Source: Prevotella sp. | GTDB taxonomy: Bacteria; Bacteroidota; Bacteroidia; Bacteroidales; Bacteroidaceae | DNA: 64,000 nt | Direction of reading: 5' to 3' | Assembly: GCA_024695815.1 (NCBI GenBank) | Contig: JAILHK010000006.1 | Location: 39,177 to 103,176, forward strand | In this document: positions 47,240 through 58,163 of the stretch, piece by piece | How the letters are laid out: each line of letters starts with the position of its first letter | Position numbering within the stretch: the stretch's first letter is position 1 | Notes under the pieces: generated by a model | Seen by the model: only the letters and a program-made list of their open reading frames with translations | The model's database searches: none | What the model was told of the DNA's origin: nothing | Translations under genes and position numbers: made by a program

Positions 47240-48847
47240 TTACTTCACGGTCACATCCGCTATCTTCACCCAGCCATCAGAGGTCAGCACCTCATCACGG
47301 GCCGATATACGGATACCTATCTCATTATCCTTCTGTGTATCAACCAAACCAACGGCCCATGTGTATTTACCTGCGGCAACATTGCTCAGGGTGATATCTG
47401 TCTTATAGGTATGGGGTGTTCCCTTTACCCATTCGTTGATCTGCGGATTGTCATCAACAAACTGATAAACGGGCTTTTCCTGTGCGTCGAGAAGGGCAAA
47501 GCAAACTTTGTATTTCTGATTCCACTGAGGAATATTGGTGGGACAATAGCCCCATCCCAGGTTTGACCAGCGATGCACAATAGATACCTTTCTACCTGAA
47601 TTAGCTGATGTAGGTACTGAAATCTTATCGGCATACAGACGATAACCACCCTCGGCAATGAACTCCTTGACCAGATTGAATGCGGTGTTAAACCAAGAGT
47701 GTGTCTCACCAGTATTAACATTTGACGAGAAACGAAGGTCCATCATATTTACATTGGCACCTTTACCCTCGTTAAACTCACCCTGTCGCACCTCAGCAAA
47801 GTTATTATAGCCATCACCCTTGATAGAGTTTCCATGAGAAGACTCTACCCAACCACCTTCCATGACGAAAGGCGTCTGATAACGATATTTTGCAGCGATG
47901 CCACGTTCCCATGCCTTATAGTAATTCTTCATACCAAAGGCATCATGACGCAAGCAAAAACCTTTCTTTACCGCACGATCAATCAGTTCCTCTGACTTCT
48001 CCAAACCATTATCAGCCGTCTCATTGGTGTTAAGCAGACAACGGTGGTAGTTGATCATGATAGGCACACGCTTGAAAGCATCGACCATGAGGTCGGTAAT
48101 CCACTCAAAGACTGCCTCACGGGGAGAAGCATCACCGGTAGAGTAAACAAGCGTATGGGTTTCACCCCACTTTCCGAGTCCGAAACCACTAACGAACTGT
48201 GTAACCTCCGGGTCATCGTATTTGGCAGCAAAGTCGCGCAGGAACTTTTCGTATTTCTCCTGAAAAATAGGATCATCAGGATAAGGTGTCCACCCCTTGA
48301 AACTACCTGTAGTTGTCTCATAATATTTTGCTCCAGCTTCCCTTACATACTCCGGCGAGAAGTTCTCGTGCTTGTCGCGTGAGTCTGTCACAAAGGTCCA
48401 GGCAATCTTCAGTCCACGTTCCTTTGCGCCCTTCATGAGCATACGGAATCTACGAGCAGGAGCTGTATCCACATCATCCTGCCAGATATACTTTCCTTCC
48501 TCGGGATTGAACTGCGACCAGGCACCACGCATATACAGCGTTGTTCCGTAGTCAGAGACCTTCACCTTACCTTCGGCCGATTCAAAGTTATCATACAGTT
48601 CCCAGAAATTATCCATCATGCCATCGCCAATACCGGCATAGATAACCCATCCCTGCATGGGATTCTCTTTCTGAATCTTATAACGTTCGGGTTTGAAGTT
48701 TACTATCTCGTTACCACTGATATTCCAATCTACGGTAGCTGTTTCCTGTTGCTCATCCTCGGAACACGAAGTTCCGAGAACGGGCATCAGAGACATTAAT
48801 ACGCCTACGATGAGCGTATATTTACTGAATAATCTATTGTTCATCAT
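47240..48847 (-). CDS. DUF4832-like putative glycoside hydrolase, lipoprotein
   Basis: GTSC lipobox; NPMQGW, WSQFNPEEG, GKWGETH, LRHDAFG, MEGGW, GGYRLY, WSNLGWG. Confidence 0.7.
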   Translation of the reverse strand: MMNNRLFSKYTLIVGVLMSLMPVLGTSCSEDEQQETATVDWNISGNEIVNFKPERYKIQKENPMQGWVIYAGIGDGMMDNFWELYDNFESAEGKVKVSDYGTTLYMRGAWSQFNPEEGKYIWQDDVDTAPARRFRMLMKGAKERGLKIAWTFVTDSRDKHENFSPEYVREAGAKYYETTTGSFKGWTPYPDDPIFQEKYEKFLRDFAAKYDDPEVTQFVSGFGLGKWGETHTLVYSTGDASPREAVFEWITDLMVDAFKRVPIMINYHRCLLNTNETADNGLEKSEELIDRAVKKGFCLRHDAFGMKNYYKAWERGIAAKYRYQTPFVMEGGWVESSHGNSIKGDGYNNFAEVRQGEFNEGKGANVNMMDLRFSSNVNTGETHSWFNTAFNLVKEFIAEGGYRLYADKISVPTSANSGRKVSIVHRWSNLGWGYCPTNIPQWNQKYKVCFALLDAQEKPVYQFVDDNPQINEWVKGTPHTYKTDITLSNVAAGKYTWAVGLVDTQKDNEIGIRISARDEVLTSDGWVKIADVTVK

Positions 48848-48855
48848 CTTGTTTT

Positions 48856-50502
48856 TTACTTAGTTGCAAATGTAACGGTGAGCTTCTCAATGTCAACAAC
48901 AACAAAGTTGCAGTTCTCAGGCAGCAGGAAGAAGGCATAACGGTTGTCACCCTGACCCTCTACCAGTCCCTGTGGGGTACTGTTCGTAACCTCTACAAAG
49001 CCATTATGATCGTTACGCTTGGCGTCAGCAGTAGAACCATAGGCATACACATTATTGTTATGGTTAGAGACACAGAACTTCACGGCACCCTTTGGATTGT
49101 CTCCGCCAATGGCAGCTGTCTCGCGTGGCAGAATAGCGCCTTTGTAAACGAATACATTAGGATTAGCCAGACTCTGTTTCAGCGTATAGGCCTCTTGATA
49201 ACCATCTGCAATATTCTTTTCCTGATCATCGCAGTTTTCAGCAAAACCGGTATCGTGGGCAAAACTGTTGAACGAACCCCACATCCAGAGTTTGACAACC
49301 TCCTGTGTATATGGGTTCTTGCCAATCGTCGTGTTGTTATATGATACGGTCTTGTTCTTCAAGTCTGTGGCAGGAGAATAGATGATAATGGTCTTCTCCG
49401 CTACGTTGACGACAATGCGGTATGTGCCATCAGCAGGAATGGTCCAATAGCGCTGGTTTGTCTTGGTGGTCTGAGCCAGGGCAAACGAAGCTGAGGTGCC
49501 ATCAGCGATTGCATGATTGTCTGCCTCCTGTGGAACAATAGACATCTCCTGAGCTTCATTGTATGTCAGAGGTATGTAAAGCTGACCAGCCTTCAACTCG
49601 CCACGCCAAGCGTATAGATTCTCATTCTCAAGTGTCTGCTGAACCTCTATCTGTTCACCACCAGTTGCACTACCTGCCAAGAACATCTGATCGGCCTCCA
49701 CAAGGGCGCCTGCAGCCAGAATACGAACCGTCTTGGCACGCAGATTGATGTTAACGCGATAGTTATCCTCTTCTGTGATGACCCAGCTATTAGCCTTTGC
49801 CTCATCTGTAATCACACATGGCATATCGCCTGTTGTGATAGCCTCATCAGCATTCAGCGGACCGACCGCATTCTGCTCGTCGGCATAGATAACAGGGAAG
49901 TTTATCTTACCAGGCTTGAGGTGCATCGTACCTGTATAGACCATATCGTCATCACTCTTACTGAGTTCTGCACGACCATCGGCTACAGCCGTACCATCTA
50001 CAAAGAGCTGATCAGCCAGGAACTGCTTAGGACCATAGGTCTTCACCGTGAATGAAGCAGTCGATACATCGGGCACCTTCATCTGCGGACCTTCGAAAGA
50101 AGCCGTCACCGTTATGATGACCTTGCAAGGAGAACTTGTCATCTGTCCGAAGTGTTCCACCAGCATCTGCTGCATCTCTGCATTGGTATAGGAACGCGAG
50201 AACTTTCCGTCATCCTCATATTCCACAATATCCTCAGCAGCACTGCCATCAACAGAGAATTGATATTTATAGACGGTAATGTAATCATTACCATAATCAT
50301 GTGCGGCGCACCAACTGAAATTCAATGCAACATCATCAGGGTGGTCTTCGTCCAGTTTAATATATTCTGGTATATCGGAGAACTGCATGTCTGAATGATT
50401 TCGCGACAACCAGTTGTCAATCTCCTGATCGCAAGATGCCAACAACAGGACCAAGACTGCCGAACCTAGCATCTTTGCATATTTCATTATGTTCTTATTC
50501 AT
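48856..50502 (-). CDS. SusE-like surface glycan-binding lipoprotein
   Basis: LASC lipobox; ALNFSW, repeated beta-sandwich modules; follows SusD. Confidence 0.75.
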   Translation of the reverse strand: MNKNIMKYAKMLGSAVLVLLLASCDQEIDNWLSRNHSDMQFSDIPEYIKLDEDHPDDVALNFSWCAAHDYGNDYITVYKYQFSVDGSAAEDIVEYEDDGKFSRSYTNAEMQQMLVEHFGQMTSSPCKVIITVTASFEGPQMKVPDVSTASFTVKTYGPKQFLADQLFVDGTAVADGRAELSKSDDDMVYTGTMHLKPGKINFPVIYADEQNAVGPLNADEAITTGDMPCVITDEAKANSWVITEEDNYRVNINLRAKTVRILAAGALVEADQMFLAGSATGGEQIEVQQTLENENLYAWRGELKAGQLYIPLTYNEAQEMSIVPQEADNHAIADGTSASFALAQTTKTNQRYWTIPADGTYRIVVNVAEKTIIIYSPATDLKNKTVSYNNTTIGKNPYTQEVVKLWMWGSFNSFAHDTGFAENCDDQEKNIADGYQEAYTLKQSLANPNVFVYKGAILPRETAAIGGDNPKGAVKFCVSNHNNNVYAYGSTADAKRNDHNGFVEVTNSTPQGLVEGQGDNRYAFFLLPENCNFVVVDIEKLTVTFATK

Positions 50503-50522
50503 ATACTCTTCAAGTTAGACTA

Positions 50523-52241
50523 TTAATAACCTTCGTTGTTTGTAAGTGCTGGACAGAGTTCCATATCGTGTGTAGGAATAGGCCACAACATCTGACGAGC
50601 AGGGAACTTACGCTCTGCACCCGTTGTACACAGACCAGCCTTGAACAGAGCAGAGAAGTCTGCCAGTCCATCTTCATCAATCATAGGAGTCATGCCCCAG
50701 AACCAGTTGCCCTTGTTGACCACATTTGTCAGCACAGCATTGGGATCCATGAGCAAGATATAGTTATAACCATTGAGTGCCTTCTCTGCCAGATTCCATC
50801 TCATCAAGTCCTGCAGACGCTGGTTCTCCATAGCCATCTCCATGCGGCGCTCTATGCGAACCTCATAGCGCATCTGCGACTGGCTGACAGCACTTACGGC
50901 AGGATATGCCGTTGTCTCGCTCTTGTTGACACCATAGGCACGTGCTCTTACCTGATTAATACAATCGGCAGCAACATCCAGGTCTTTATTCTGCTCTATC
51001 AGCGCCTCTGCATAAATCAGCAGCAGGTCTGCATAGCGCATAATCACATAGTCTTGCTCTACCTTCAGTCCGTTGTCCATCCAAGTAGCATCGATGCCTT
51101 TTTTCCACAACAAGCCATTGTAAGAAGTGTATTGAGCCACAATACGTGTATCCTGATTTGACTGCAGTTTACCTGTAGTATAGTTCATGATTTGCGTAGC
51201 AGCAGGACTCGGATTGAACTCATATCCGCAATGATTAGTGCCAAACTCAACAATGGTCATTGCACATCGGGGGTCACGGTTCTGGAATGGATTATGAGGA
51301 TCGAACAGTGGCGACTCGTCAATAGGCTTTCCATCGGTACAGAGGAAAGCAGCGAGCAAATCCCATGAGGGATTATAAGAGCCATAGCCTCCTGCGTTAC
51401 GTGGCAGTGCGTTCTTGACAATCCATGAGTCCAGAACCACATCATTCTCTATAGAACGTGGAAGAACAAAGATTTTCTCTGGCACATTCTTGGTCTGCTG
51501 TTTGAACAGATCCGAGAAGCTGGGATAGAGAGAGTACTGATTCAAGGCAATACACTGAGCAGCAGCCTTCTCTGCAATGTCATAGTCGTGCATATAGAGT
51601 GCATAACGAGCCTTCATAGCCAGCGCTGCTCCCTTGGTAGCATGAATGGTTGAACTCAGGGAGTAGCTCTCAGGCAAGTACTCGATAGCCTTGTCAAAAT
51701 CATCATAAGTCTTCTGCTTAACCCCATTCTTATCCATGCGTCCCATGCTCTCTGCCTCTGAGATGGTCTTGGTCTCATCCATGTAAGGCACATCTCCATA
51801 GAAGAAGGTCAAGTCGGCGTATTTACATGCACGGCAGAAGTATGCCTCACCGGCATAGCGGTTGCGTGTCTTCTCGTCGCAAGTAGCCTTGTGAATATTC
51901 TCAAGCAACGTGTTGCAGCGAGCTATCAGCTTATAGCTCTGGTTCCAAAGAGTATATACCTCATACTGCTGTCCGTTGAGCGTAGCGTCGAGCACACAAC
52001 CATTACTACCTGGGTTACGGTTTTGCAAACGGTAGGTTGTATTGTCAGACCATTGCTCAGAGGAGTTAAGGGGCTCCTGCCAATAGCCCAGGATATAGAA
52101 TTCGTTGGTTGCCATCTCGAGTTCATTCTCGGTAGTATACCAGGCTGCGGTATTACCCTGTGACTTGGGGACAAGGTCCATATCCTCACATGCTGTGAAT
52201 GCCAACAGGGCGGCTATGATAATTGAATTTTTTACTTTCAT
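50523..52241 (-). CDS. RagB/SusD family lipoprotein
   Basis: FTAC lipobox, GEAYFCRA, YGDVP, NRDPR, MRYADLLLIYAEA, ERRMEMAME. Confidence 0.93.
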   Translation of the reverse strand: MKVKNSIIIAALLAFTACEDMDLVPKSQGNTAAWYTTENELEMATNEFYILGYWQEPLNSSEQWSDNTTYRLQNRNPGSNGCVLDATLNGQQYEVYTLWNQSYKLIARCNTLLENIHKATCDEKTRNRYAGEAYFCRACKYADLTFFYGDVPYMDETKTISEAESMGRMDKNGVKQKTYDDFDKAIEYLPESYSLSSTIHATKGAALAMKARYALYMHDYDIAEKAAAQCIALNQYSLYPSFSDLFKQQTKNVPEKIFVLPRSIENDVVLDSWIVKNALPRNAGGYGSYNPSWDLLAAFLCTDGKPIDESPLFDPHNPFQNRDPRCAMTIVEFGTNHCGYEFNPSPAATQIMNYTTGKLQSNQDTRIVAQYTSYNGLLWKKGIDATWMDNGLKVEQDYVIMRYADLLLIYAEALIEQNKDLDVAADCINQVRARAYGVNKSETTAYPAVSAVSQSQMRYEVRIERRMEMAMENQRLQDLMRWNLAEKALNGYNYILLMDPNAVLTNVVNKGNWFWGMTPMIDEDGLADFSALFKAGLCTTGAERKFPARQMLWPIPTHDMELCPALTNNEGY

Positions 52242-52253
52242 AGAATGGTATGT

Positions 52254-55200
52254 TTAGAAATTGACTTGTATGCCAAAGAGCAGTGATGTGGTAATAGGAT
52301 AAGAGCTAACGCCCATTTCAGGGTCCCACCCTTTGGGGAAATTGCTGATGCAGAAGAGGTCAGAAGCACTTGCATAGACTCTCACTTTCTCTATCGTGAG
52401 GGCATCCATCCACTTCTTAGGGAGTGTATAACCCAGCGAGAGGTTTTTCATTCGCAGATAAGCACCATTGAAGATCCAGTGGTCTGAAGTGGCATAGTTA
52501 TTACTCTTCGACACACTACTCAAACGGGGATAGAAGGCAGATGCATTCTCCTCCGCACTATTGAGCGGACTCCAGTAGTTGCCCTCAATGATTGAGGGGA
52601 TGTTACCATAGTTATCGCGCAAGGGCTGCACCATGGCTGTCTCTAAGTATGAGTTCTGCTTACCTACACCCTGGAAGGCCATATTCAAGTCAAATCCCTT
52701 CCATTCAGCACCTAACTGTATGCCAAACTGATAGCGAGGCAGTGAGTTGCCAAGGGGAACACGGTCGTACTCTGGCGATATTTTTCCATCGGGTACACCG
52801 TCAGGGCCACTGATATCGCGGTACTTCAGGTCACCCACAGTTACTGTTGTTGCCGTACGTGCAGAGTTGTTCACCTCTTCCTGTGTCTGATAAATGCCCT
52901 CACACACATAGCCATACCACTCATTGAAGAGTACACCTTCACGTTTTACCTTTCCTCCACTGATGATATCGGAGTTATTCAGGTAGTCAATACGCGACTT
53001 GAAATCAGAGAGATTTAAAGTTACATGGTATTTGAGATCAGCAATATGGTCGTTCCATGTGATATCCAGATCCCATCCCTTTGTTGACATCTTACCAGCA
53101 TTGGTATTAGGATCGTTGTAACCCATGGTATAAGGAATCTGGATAGCCAACAGCATATCGCGTGTCTGCTTCCAATAATAGTCGAAGGTGAAACGCAGAC
53201 GACCGTTCAGGAAATGGGCATCAAGACCTAAGTCGGTAGAAGTGGTGGTCTCCCATGTGATGTCCTCAACAGGCAATACCGACGGACGAGCTGTCTTTCC
53301 TGAAACCACAGAGCCATCGGCCATATAGAAGAAAGAGTTACCAAACGACATCAGAGCCATGTAGGGGAAGTAGTTACTGCCTATGCGCTCATTACCCAGC
53401 ATACCCCATGAAGCACGCAACTTCAGGTGTGAGAGATAACCTTGATTTGTGATTTTCTTCATGAAAGGCTCTTGGGTCATCACCCAACCAGCCGAGAACG
53501 AAGGGAATGTTCCCCAACGATAGTCCTTGGCAAAACGAGAAGAGCCATCATGACGCACATTAGCCTGGAACAGATAACGGTCGGCATAAGAATAAAGTAC
53601 ACGTCCGAAGAATGAGTTTGATACATACTCAGAACCAGTACCGCTGTTATCCTTGAAGTCTTCAGGACCAATGTTCAGATAGGGATAGCCTGTCAACTCA
53701 TACTGGTCGCGTGCTGCACTAAGGCTCTCCGACTCTGTAGAGTAGTTCTCATAACCTGCCATCAAGGTCAGGCTGTGGTCTCCAAAGGATTTCATATAGT
53801 TGGCAATAATCTGAGATGTTACGCGCCAACTCTCATTACGTGATTCTGTCAGTTTGTTGGTTGCATAGATAGAACCGGCATCAAAGTAACCCCCAAAGGT
53901 ATTGGGGTCGTCGGCCAGAGTATAGCCACAAGCCAACTTGAAGGTTTTTCCTTTGCTATAGTTCAGATAGGGCGAAACAATGGCTTGCAGTGAAAAGCCA
54001 TCGAAAGGTTTAATGGTAATACTTCCCTTACCCTGAAACTGAGTACTGCTGTTATGTGAGTAGCCACCCTCAGTCAGCAAGCCATAAGGGTTAGCGCCAC
54101 TCTTTCCTGAAGCCAGACGTCCGTCTTCCCATGATGCAGGATAGATGGCAGGCATCTTACGCATGTCACTAAAGGGATCGTAAACGGTATTGTCGCTCTT
54201 TGCATGGCGCAGACTGAAGTCAATGCTGGTAGACAACCATTTGTTGATGGTGAAGTCGTTGTTGGCACGCATCATATAGCGCTTGAAGCCACGACCATCA
54301 TACAGTCCGTCAACATCATCGTATGACAATGTGACCACAGAGCGTACCACCTTATTACCACCTGTCATGGTCAGATTGTGCGAGCTACGAGGTGCACTGG
54401 ACTTCAACATCAGTCCCTGCCAGTCCGTAACAGGATACTGGTCTGGGTTGGTTTCATGATAGCGCATCCAGTTCTTTGTCTGGTCTGCCGTATATACCTG
54501 AAACAGTCCGCCTGAAGGATTATCATTATACTGCAACTCATTGTTCATCTCCAGATAACGAGTCACACCCACCATGCTTGGCTGTGTGGTTGGGATCTCA
54601 AGACCCAGCTCACCAGTATAGTGCAACGACAGCTTGCCCACATCCTGACCACGCTTAGTGGTTACAAGGATAACACCTGCAGCAGCCTTGGCACCATAGA
54701 TACTGGCAGCAGCAGCATCTTTCAACACGGTGATGTTCTCTACATCGTTTGAATTAACATTATCCAGCGAACCTTCCACACCATCGACAATAACAAGTGG
54801 TGACGAGTCGCCCATGGTGGTGACACCACGCACATGGATACTGCTGGCGCCACTGCCAGGAGCGCCACTGTTTCGTCTTACCATGATACCAGAAAGCGAA
54901 CCCTGCAAGGCGTTGGACAACTGAGTATTGTGTCTTGCCACCAAGTCTTCACCCTTCACAGCACTCACAGCACCAGTAAGATCCTTTTTCTTCACCGTAC
55001 CATAACCAATGACAACCAGTTCTTCAAGACTGTTGCTGGTCTCAACCAAGGTTATATCGTATTTGCCACTGGCAGCTATTTTCACTTCCTGGGTGTTGAA
55101 TCCCATATAGCTTACCTCTATGACATCATCCTTTCCACACTCAATCGTATAGTTACCATCCATATCACTGATGGTTCCCTTACTGCTTCCTTTGATCTTC

Positions 55201-55655
55201 ACCGTGGCACCCATGAGCGGCTCACCGCTCTGGTCCACGATGTGTCCTGTCACAGTGCGAGGCTTATCATCATTCGCTGCCTTGCCAGAGGTCTTTGCCT
55301 TCTTGGCACTTGCAATGACGATTTGCTTTCCGTTAATAGTGTAGGACAAAGAGGCAGTGGCACACAGATCTGCAAGAATCTTCTCAATGCTGCGTCCCTG
55401 CAACTCAATAGTCACTTGTTCACTCAGGCGTTTTTCCACGGCCTGATCGTAAACAAATACATACTTACCCTGTGCTTCGATATACTTAAAGACAGACTTG
55501 ATTGTTGTTTTCTCAGCCTTCAGTATATACATCCCGTTTGCATGGTTCAGCGTGATAACGCCTGCCCACATCGGAGATGCGATAGTCAGGGCTGACAACA
55601 CAACCAACGCTGCCAATCGCTGACGACATAGGGATTTGATTCTGAGTGTTCTCAT
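52254..55655 (-). CDS. SusC/RagA TonB-dependent transporter with N-terminal STN-like domain
   Basis: PLVIVDG, VLKDAAAASIYGAKAAAGVILVTTKRG, DGSSRF, ITWE, terminal F; N-terminal extension. Confidence 0.96.
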   Translation of the reverse strand: MRTLRIKSLCRQRLAALVVLSALTIASPMWAGVITLNHANGMYILKAEKTTIKSVFKYIEAQGKYVFVYDQAVEKRLSEQVTIELQGRSIEKILADLCATASLSYTINGKQIVIASAKKAKTSGKAANDDKPRTVTGHIVDQSGEPLMGATVKIKGSSKGTISDMDGNYTIECGKDDVIEVSYMGFNTQEVKIAASGKYDITLVETSNSLEELVVIGYGTVKKKDLTGAVSAVKGEDLVARHNTQLSNALQGSLSGIMVRRNSGAPGSGASSIHVRGVTTMGDSSPLVIVDGVEGSLDNVNSNDVENITVLKDAAAASIYGAKAAAGVILVTTKRGQDVGKLSLHYTGELGLEIPTTQPSMVGVTRYLEMNNELQYNDNPSGGLFQVYTADQTKNWMRYHETNPDQYPVTDWQGLMLKSSAPRSSHNLTMTGGNKVVRSVVTLSYDDVDGLYDGRGFKRYMMRANNDFTINKWLSTSIDFSLRHAKSDNTVYDPFSDMRKMPAIYPASWEDGRLASGKSGANPYGLLTEGGYSHNSSTQFQGKGSITIKPFDGFSLQAIVSPYLNYSKGKTFKLACGYTLADDPNTFGGYFDAGSIYATNKLTESRNESWRVTSQIIANYMKSFGDHSLTLMAGYENYSTESESLSAARDQYELTGYPYLNIGPEDFKDNSGTGSEYVSNSFFGRVLYSYADRYLFQANVRHDGSSRFAKDYRWGTFPSFSAGWVMTQEPFMKKITNQGYLSHLKLRASWGMLGNERIGSNYFPYMALMSFGNSFFYMADGSVVSGKTARPSVLPVEDITWETTTSTDLGLDAHFLNGRLRFTFDYYWKQTRDMLLAIQIPYTMGYNDPNTNAGKMSTKGWDLDITWNDHIADLKYHVTLNLSDFKSRIDYLNNSDIISGGKVKREGVLFNEWYGYVCEGIYQTQEEVNNSARTATTVTVGDLKYRDISGPDGVPDGKISPEYDRVPLGNSLPRYQFGIQLGAEWKGFDLNMAFQGVGKQNSYLETAMVQPLRDNYGNIPSIIEGNYWSPLNSAEENASAFYPRLSSVSKSNNYATSDHWIFNGAYLRMKNLSLGYTLPKKWMDALTIEKVRVYASASDLFCISNFPKGWDPEMGVSSYPITTSLLFGIQVNF

Positions 55656-55686
55656 ACAATAATAATATTAATAGTTTATGTTTAGA

Positions 55687-57180
55687 TTAATGAATACTCA
55701 CATTGTTTATTATTAGCCAGCCATTGTGGAGCAGACTTTTATCAACAGCTATCTCAAGAGCAGGCCTGTTTTCTTTAGTCACATCGACCAGTGCCACAGC
55801 CCATTGATACACGCCCTTTTTCAGTTCCTTAGAGCAAAGCGTTACTTTACTGGTAGAAAAGTGCCCCTTTTCCCATAGAGAAAGGTTACTTTTCTCATCG
55901 AGAAGTACCGCTTTTACTTCACCGTCCTGCAACAGAGCATAGGCAACCTTGTATTTCTGGTTCCATTGTGGGATATTGGTAGGACAGTAGCCCCATCCCA
56001 TATTGGTCCAAACGGAACTGATTGTTACATCCTTAGCGCCGGCTTTCACCCTGTCTGGTACAGTAACTGACGAGGGATAGAGTCGATAGCCCCCTTCTGC
56101 CACAAAGCGTTTAACCAAATCGAAAGAGGTGGCAAACCACGAACGAGTCTCGTCATTCACGCGCAAGTCCATCATGTTCACATGGGCTTCCTTCGCATCC
56201 AGATACTCTCCCAAGCGCACATCCTCAGGATGTCCCTCACGATACTTTCCGCTGGGATCACGCCAGTAGCGGTGATGAGCTCCTGTTATCCATCCACCCT
56301 CCATGATAATGGGGCGACGGAAGTTCCATTTCTCAGCAAAGTCCTTTTCCCACTTTTCATAATAGCCAGTCATACCAAACGCATCGTGGCGCAGACTATA
56401 ACCTTTATTAATAGCATCCTCGAGCAATGCCTGACTACGCTCGTGAGGTGCCGACCAGCTAATCGTGTCGCCTACTAATCGATGATAGTTGATAATCAGG
56501 GGTATCTTTGTGAAGGTCTTCGTGTAAAGGTCGGTAATCCAGTTGAACACCTTCTCCTTATTACTATAGTCACCATATTTCACACCATGAGCCTCGCCCC
56601 ATTTTCCAAGTCCATAGGCATCGATGAAGTCCACCTTGTCGGGGTCATTGAAAGCAGTGGCAAGCGCTTTCAGGAACTTGGCATATTTCTCTTGAAACAC
56701 AGGATCATCGGGATAAGGCGACCAAACAGAAGGGTTGTTGGGGTCTTGGAAGCCACAGGCACCAGCTTCCTTCACATAGAGCGGCGTATTCTGTCCTTGG
56801 TCACGACTATCCACCACAATACGGAAGGCCAGTTTCATGTTGCGATCCAACACACTTTGGAAGAGCCTGCTAATGCGGGAATCAGGATTCTGCCAAACAT
56901 ATTGTCCCTCCTCAGGCTCCAAAGAGCTCCAAGAGGTACGCACATAGCACGTATTGGCATAGTCAGAGACACGGACCACAGAGTCTCCCACACTCATTTT
57001 GTCATACCCCATCTTGTCCCAGAAGTTCTCGTCCCACGTTCTTCCCATATACATCACCCATCCGTTTAGCGGGTTGCGCAAAACGCGAGTGCTATCAGGC
57101 AAGAAAGTGGTCGTAACCATCTTGGCTTGAAGCGCATGGCATGCTGCCATCAGTAAGATAGCAAATAATTTATATCTCAT
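55687..57180 (-). CDS. DUF4832-like putative glycoside hydrolase, cleavable signal peptide
   Basis: NPLNGW, WSSLEPEEG, GKWGEAH, LRHDAFG, MEGGW, WGYCPTNIPQWNQKYKV shared with the other two paralogs. Confidence 0.7.
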   Translation of the reverse strand: MRYKLFAILLMAACHALQAKMVTTTFLPDSTRVLRNPLNGWVMYMGRTWDENFWDKMGYDKMSVGDSVVRVSDYANTCYVRTSWSSLEPEEGQYVWQNPDSRISRLFQSVLDRNMKLAFRIVVDSRDQGQNTPLYVKEAGACGFQDPNNPSVWSPYPDDPVFQEKYAKFLKALATAFNDPDKVDFIDAYGLGKWGEAHGVKYGDYSNKEKVFNWITDLYTKTFTKIPLIINYHRLVGDTISWSAPHERSQALLEDAINKGYSLRHDAFGMTGYYEKWEKDFAEKWNFRRPIIMEGGWITGAHHRYWRDPSGKYREGHPEDVRLGEYLDAKEAHVNMMDLRVNDETRSWFATSFDLVKRFVAEGGYRLYPSSVTVPDRVKAGAKDVTISSVWTNMGWGYCPTNIPQWNQKYKVAYALLQDGEVKAVLLDEKSNLSLWEKGHFSTSKVTLCSKELKKGVYQWAVALVDVTKENRPALEIAVDKSLLHNGWLIINNVSIH

Positions 57181-57232
57181 TGTCTTAAGGTTGGTTTCTA
57201 GTATAATATCGATTTGACGAGAGAAGACTCCA

Positions 57233-58138
57233 TCAATGGAAATCGGTGCCAGCCAGTGCGTTAACCGACTTTATCACATCGCGAACATCCTTCTGATAAA
57301 CCAGTTTTCCATACAACTGGATATCAGCATGCATATCATCAACAGTATAGTTTGTACCGTAGTAGTCATTAATTCGAGTCATCACCATACCCAGGTCTTC
57401 ACCATGTAGGCTAAGCACCCCGTTCAGCCAACCGGCATATTCCTGAGCATCTACCTCCCGAAGACTCTTGAAGGTGCCATTTTCCAATTGCAGCAATTGG
57501 TTAGGACGCATCGTCACGGCATCATTATTACTTGTCGTTGCCGATACACAACCCTCTATAAGCACCACCTCTGTCTGATTATTACTATAGTGGTTGACAC
57601 AGAACTTGGTACCCAGGACCTTGACACTCACGCCATCCGTATTAACAATAAAGGGATGATTCTTGTCGTGTGCCACATCAAAGTACACCTCTCCACAGGC
57701 ATAGACCTCACGGCGCTCACCATTGAAGACCTTAGGATACCTGACCTCTGAACGCGAATTGGCAATAATCTTTGTACCATCGCTCAGCATAATGGTCATC
57801 TTCTCACCAACAGGCACCTTGATGGAAACATACTCCAGCGCAGCCTGACTAATCAGCGTTCCTTCGTCAACGCCCATTGAAGAGCGATAAGCAAAGAAAC
57901 TGAAACTCATCACAAGGACAACAGCCAGCGAGGCTGCCAACGACAAAATGACACGACGGCGCGACTTCCTCTGGTGTATCTTGCGGAAGGTGAGCTGCTC
58001 TATCCTGCTCAGGTTCACGCCCTCAGGCACTCCGTCATCAACGAAAGCCTTGAGTTTGCGATCCTCCAGACTATCGCCATAAGCATAGTCGGAAAGGGCA
58101 TTCCCTATGTTGTTATTATCATTTCTTTGCATAGTCAT
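57233..58138 (-). CDS. FecR-family anti-sigma factor
   Basis: TM helix; LSDGT, GEVYFDVAHD..HPF, VLGTKF. Confidence 0.9.
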   Translation of the reverse strand: MTMQRNDNNNIGNALSDYAYGDSLEDRKLKAFVDDGVPEGVNLSRIEQLTFRKIHQRKSRRRVILSLAASLAVVLVMSFSFFAYRSSMGVDEGTLISQAALEYVSIKVPVGEKMTIMLSDGTKIIANSRSEVRYPKVFNGERREVYACGEVYFDVAHDKNHPFIVNTDGVSVKVLGTKFCVNHYSNNQTEVVLIEGCVSATTSNNDAVTMRPNQLLQLENGTFKSLREVDAQEYAGWLNGVLSLHGEDLGMVMTRINDYYGTNYTVDDMHADIQLYGKLVYQKDVRDVIKSVNALAGTDFH

Positions 58139-58163
58139 ATATTATATGTATGTGTTGACGTTT

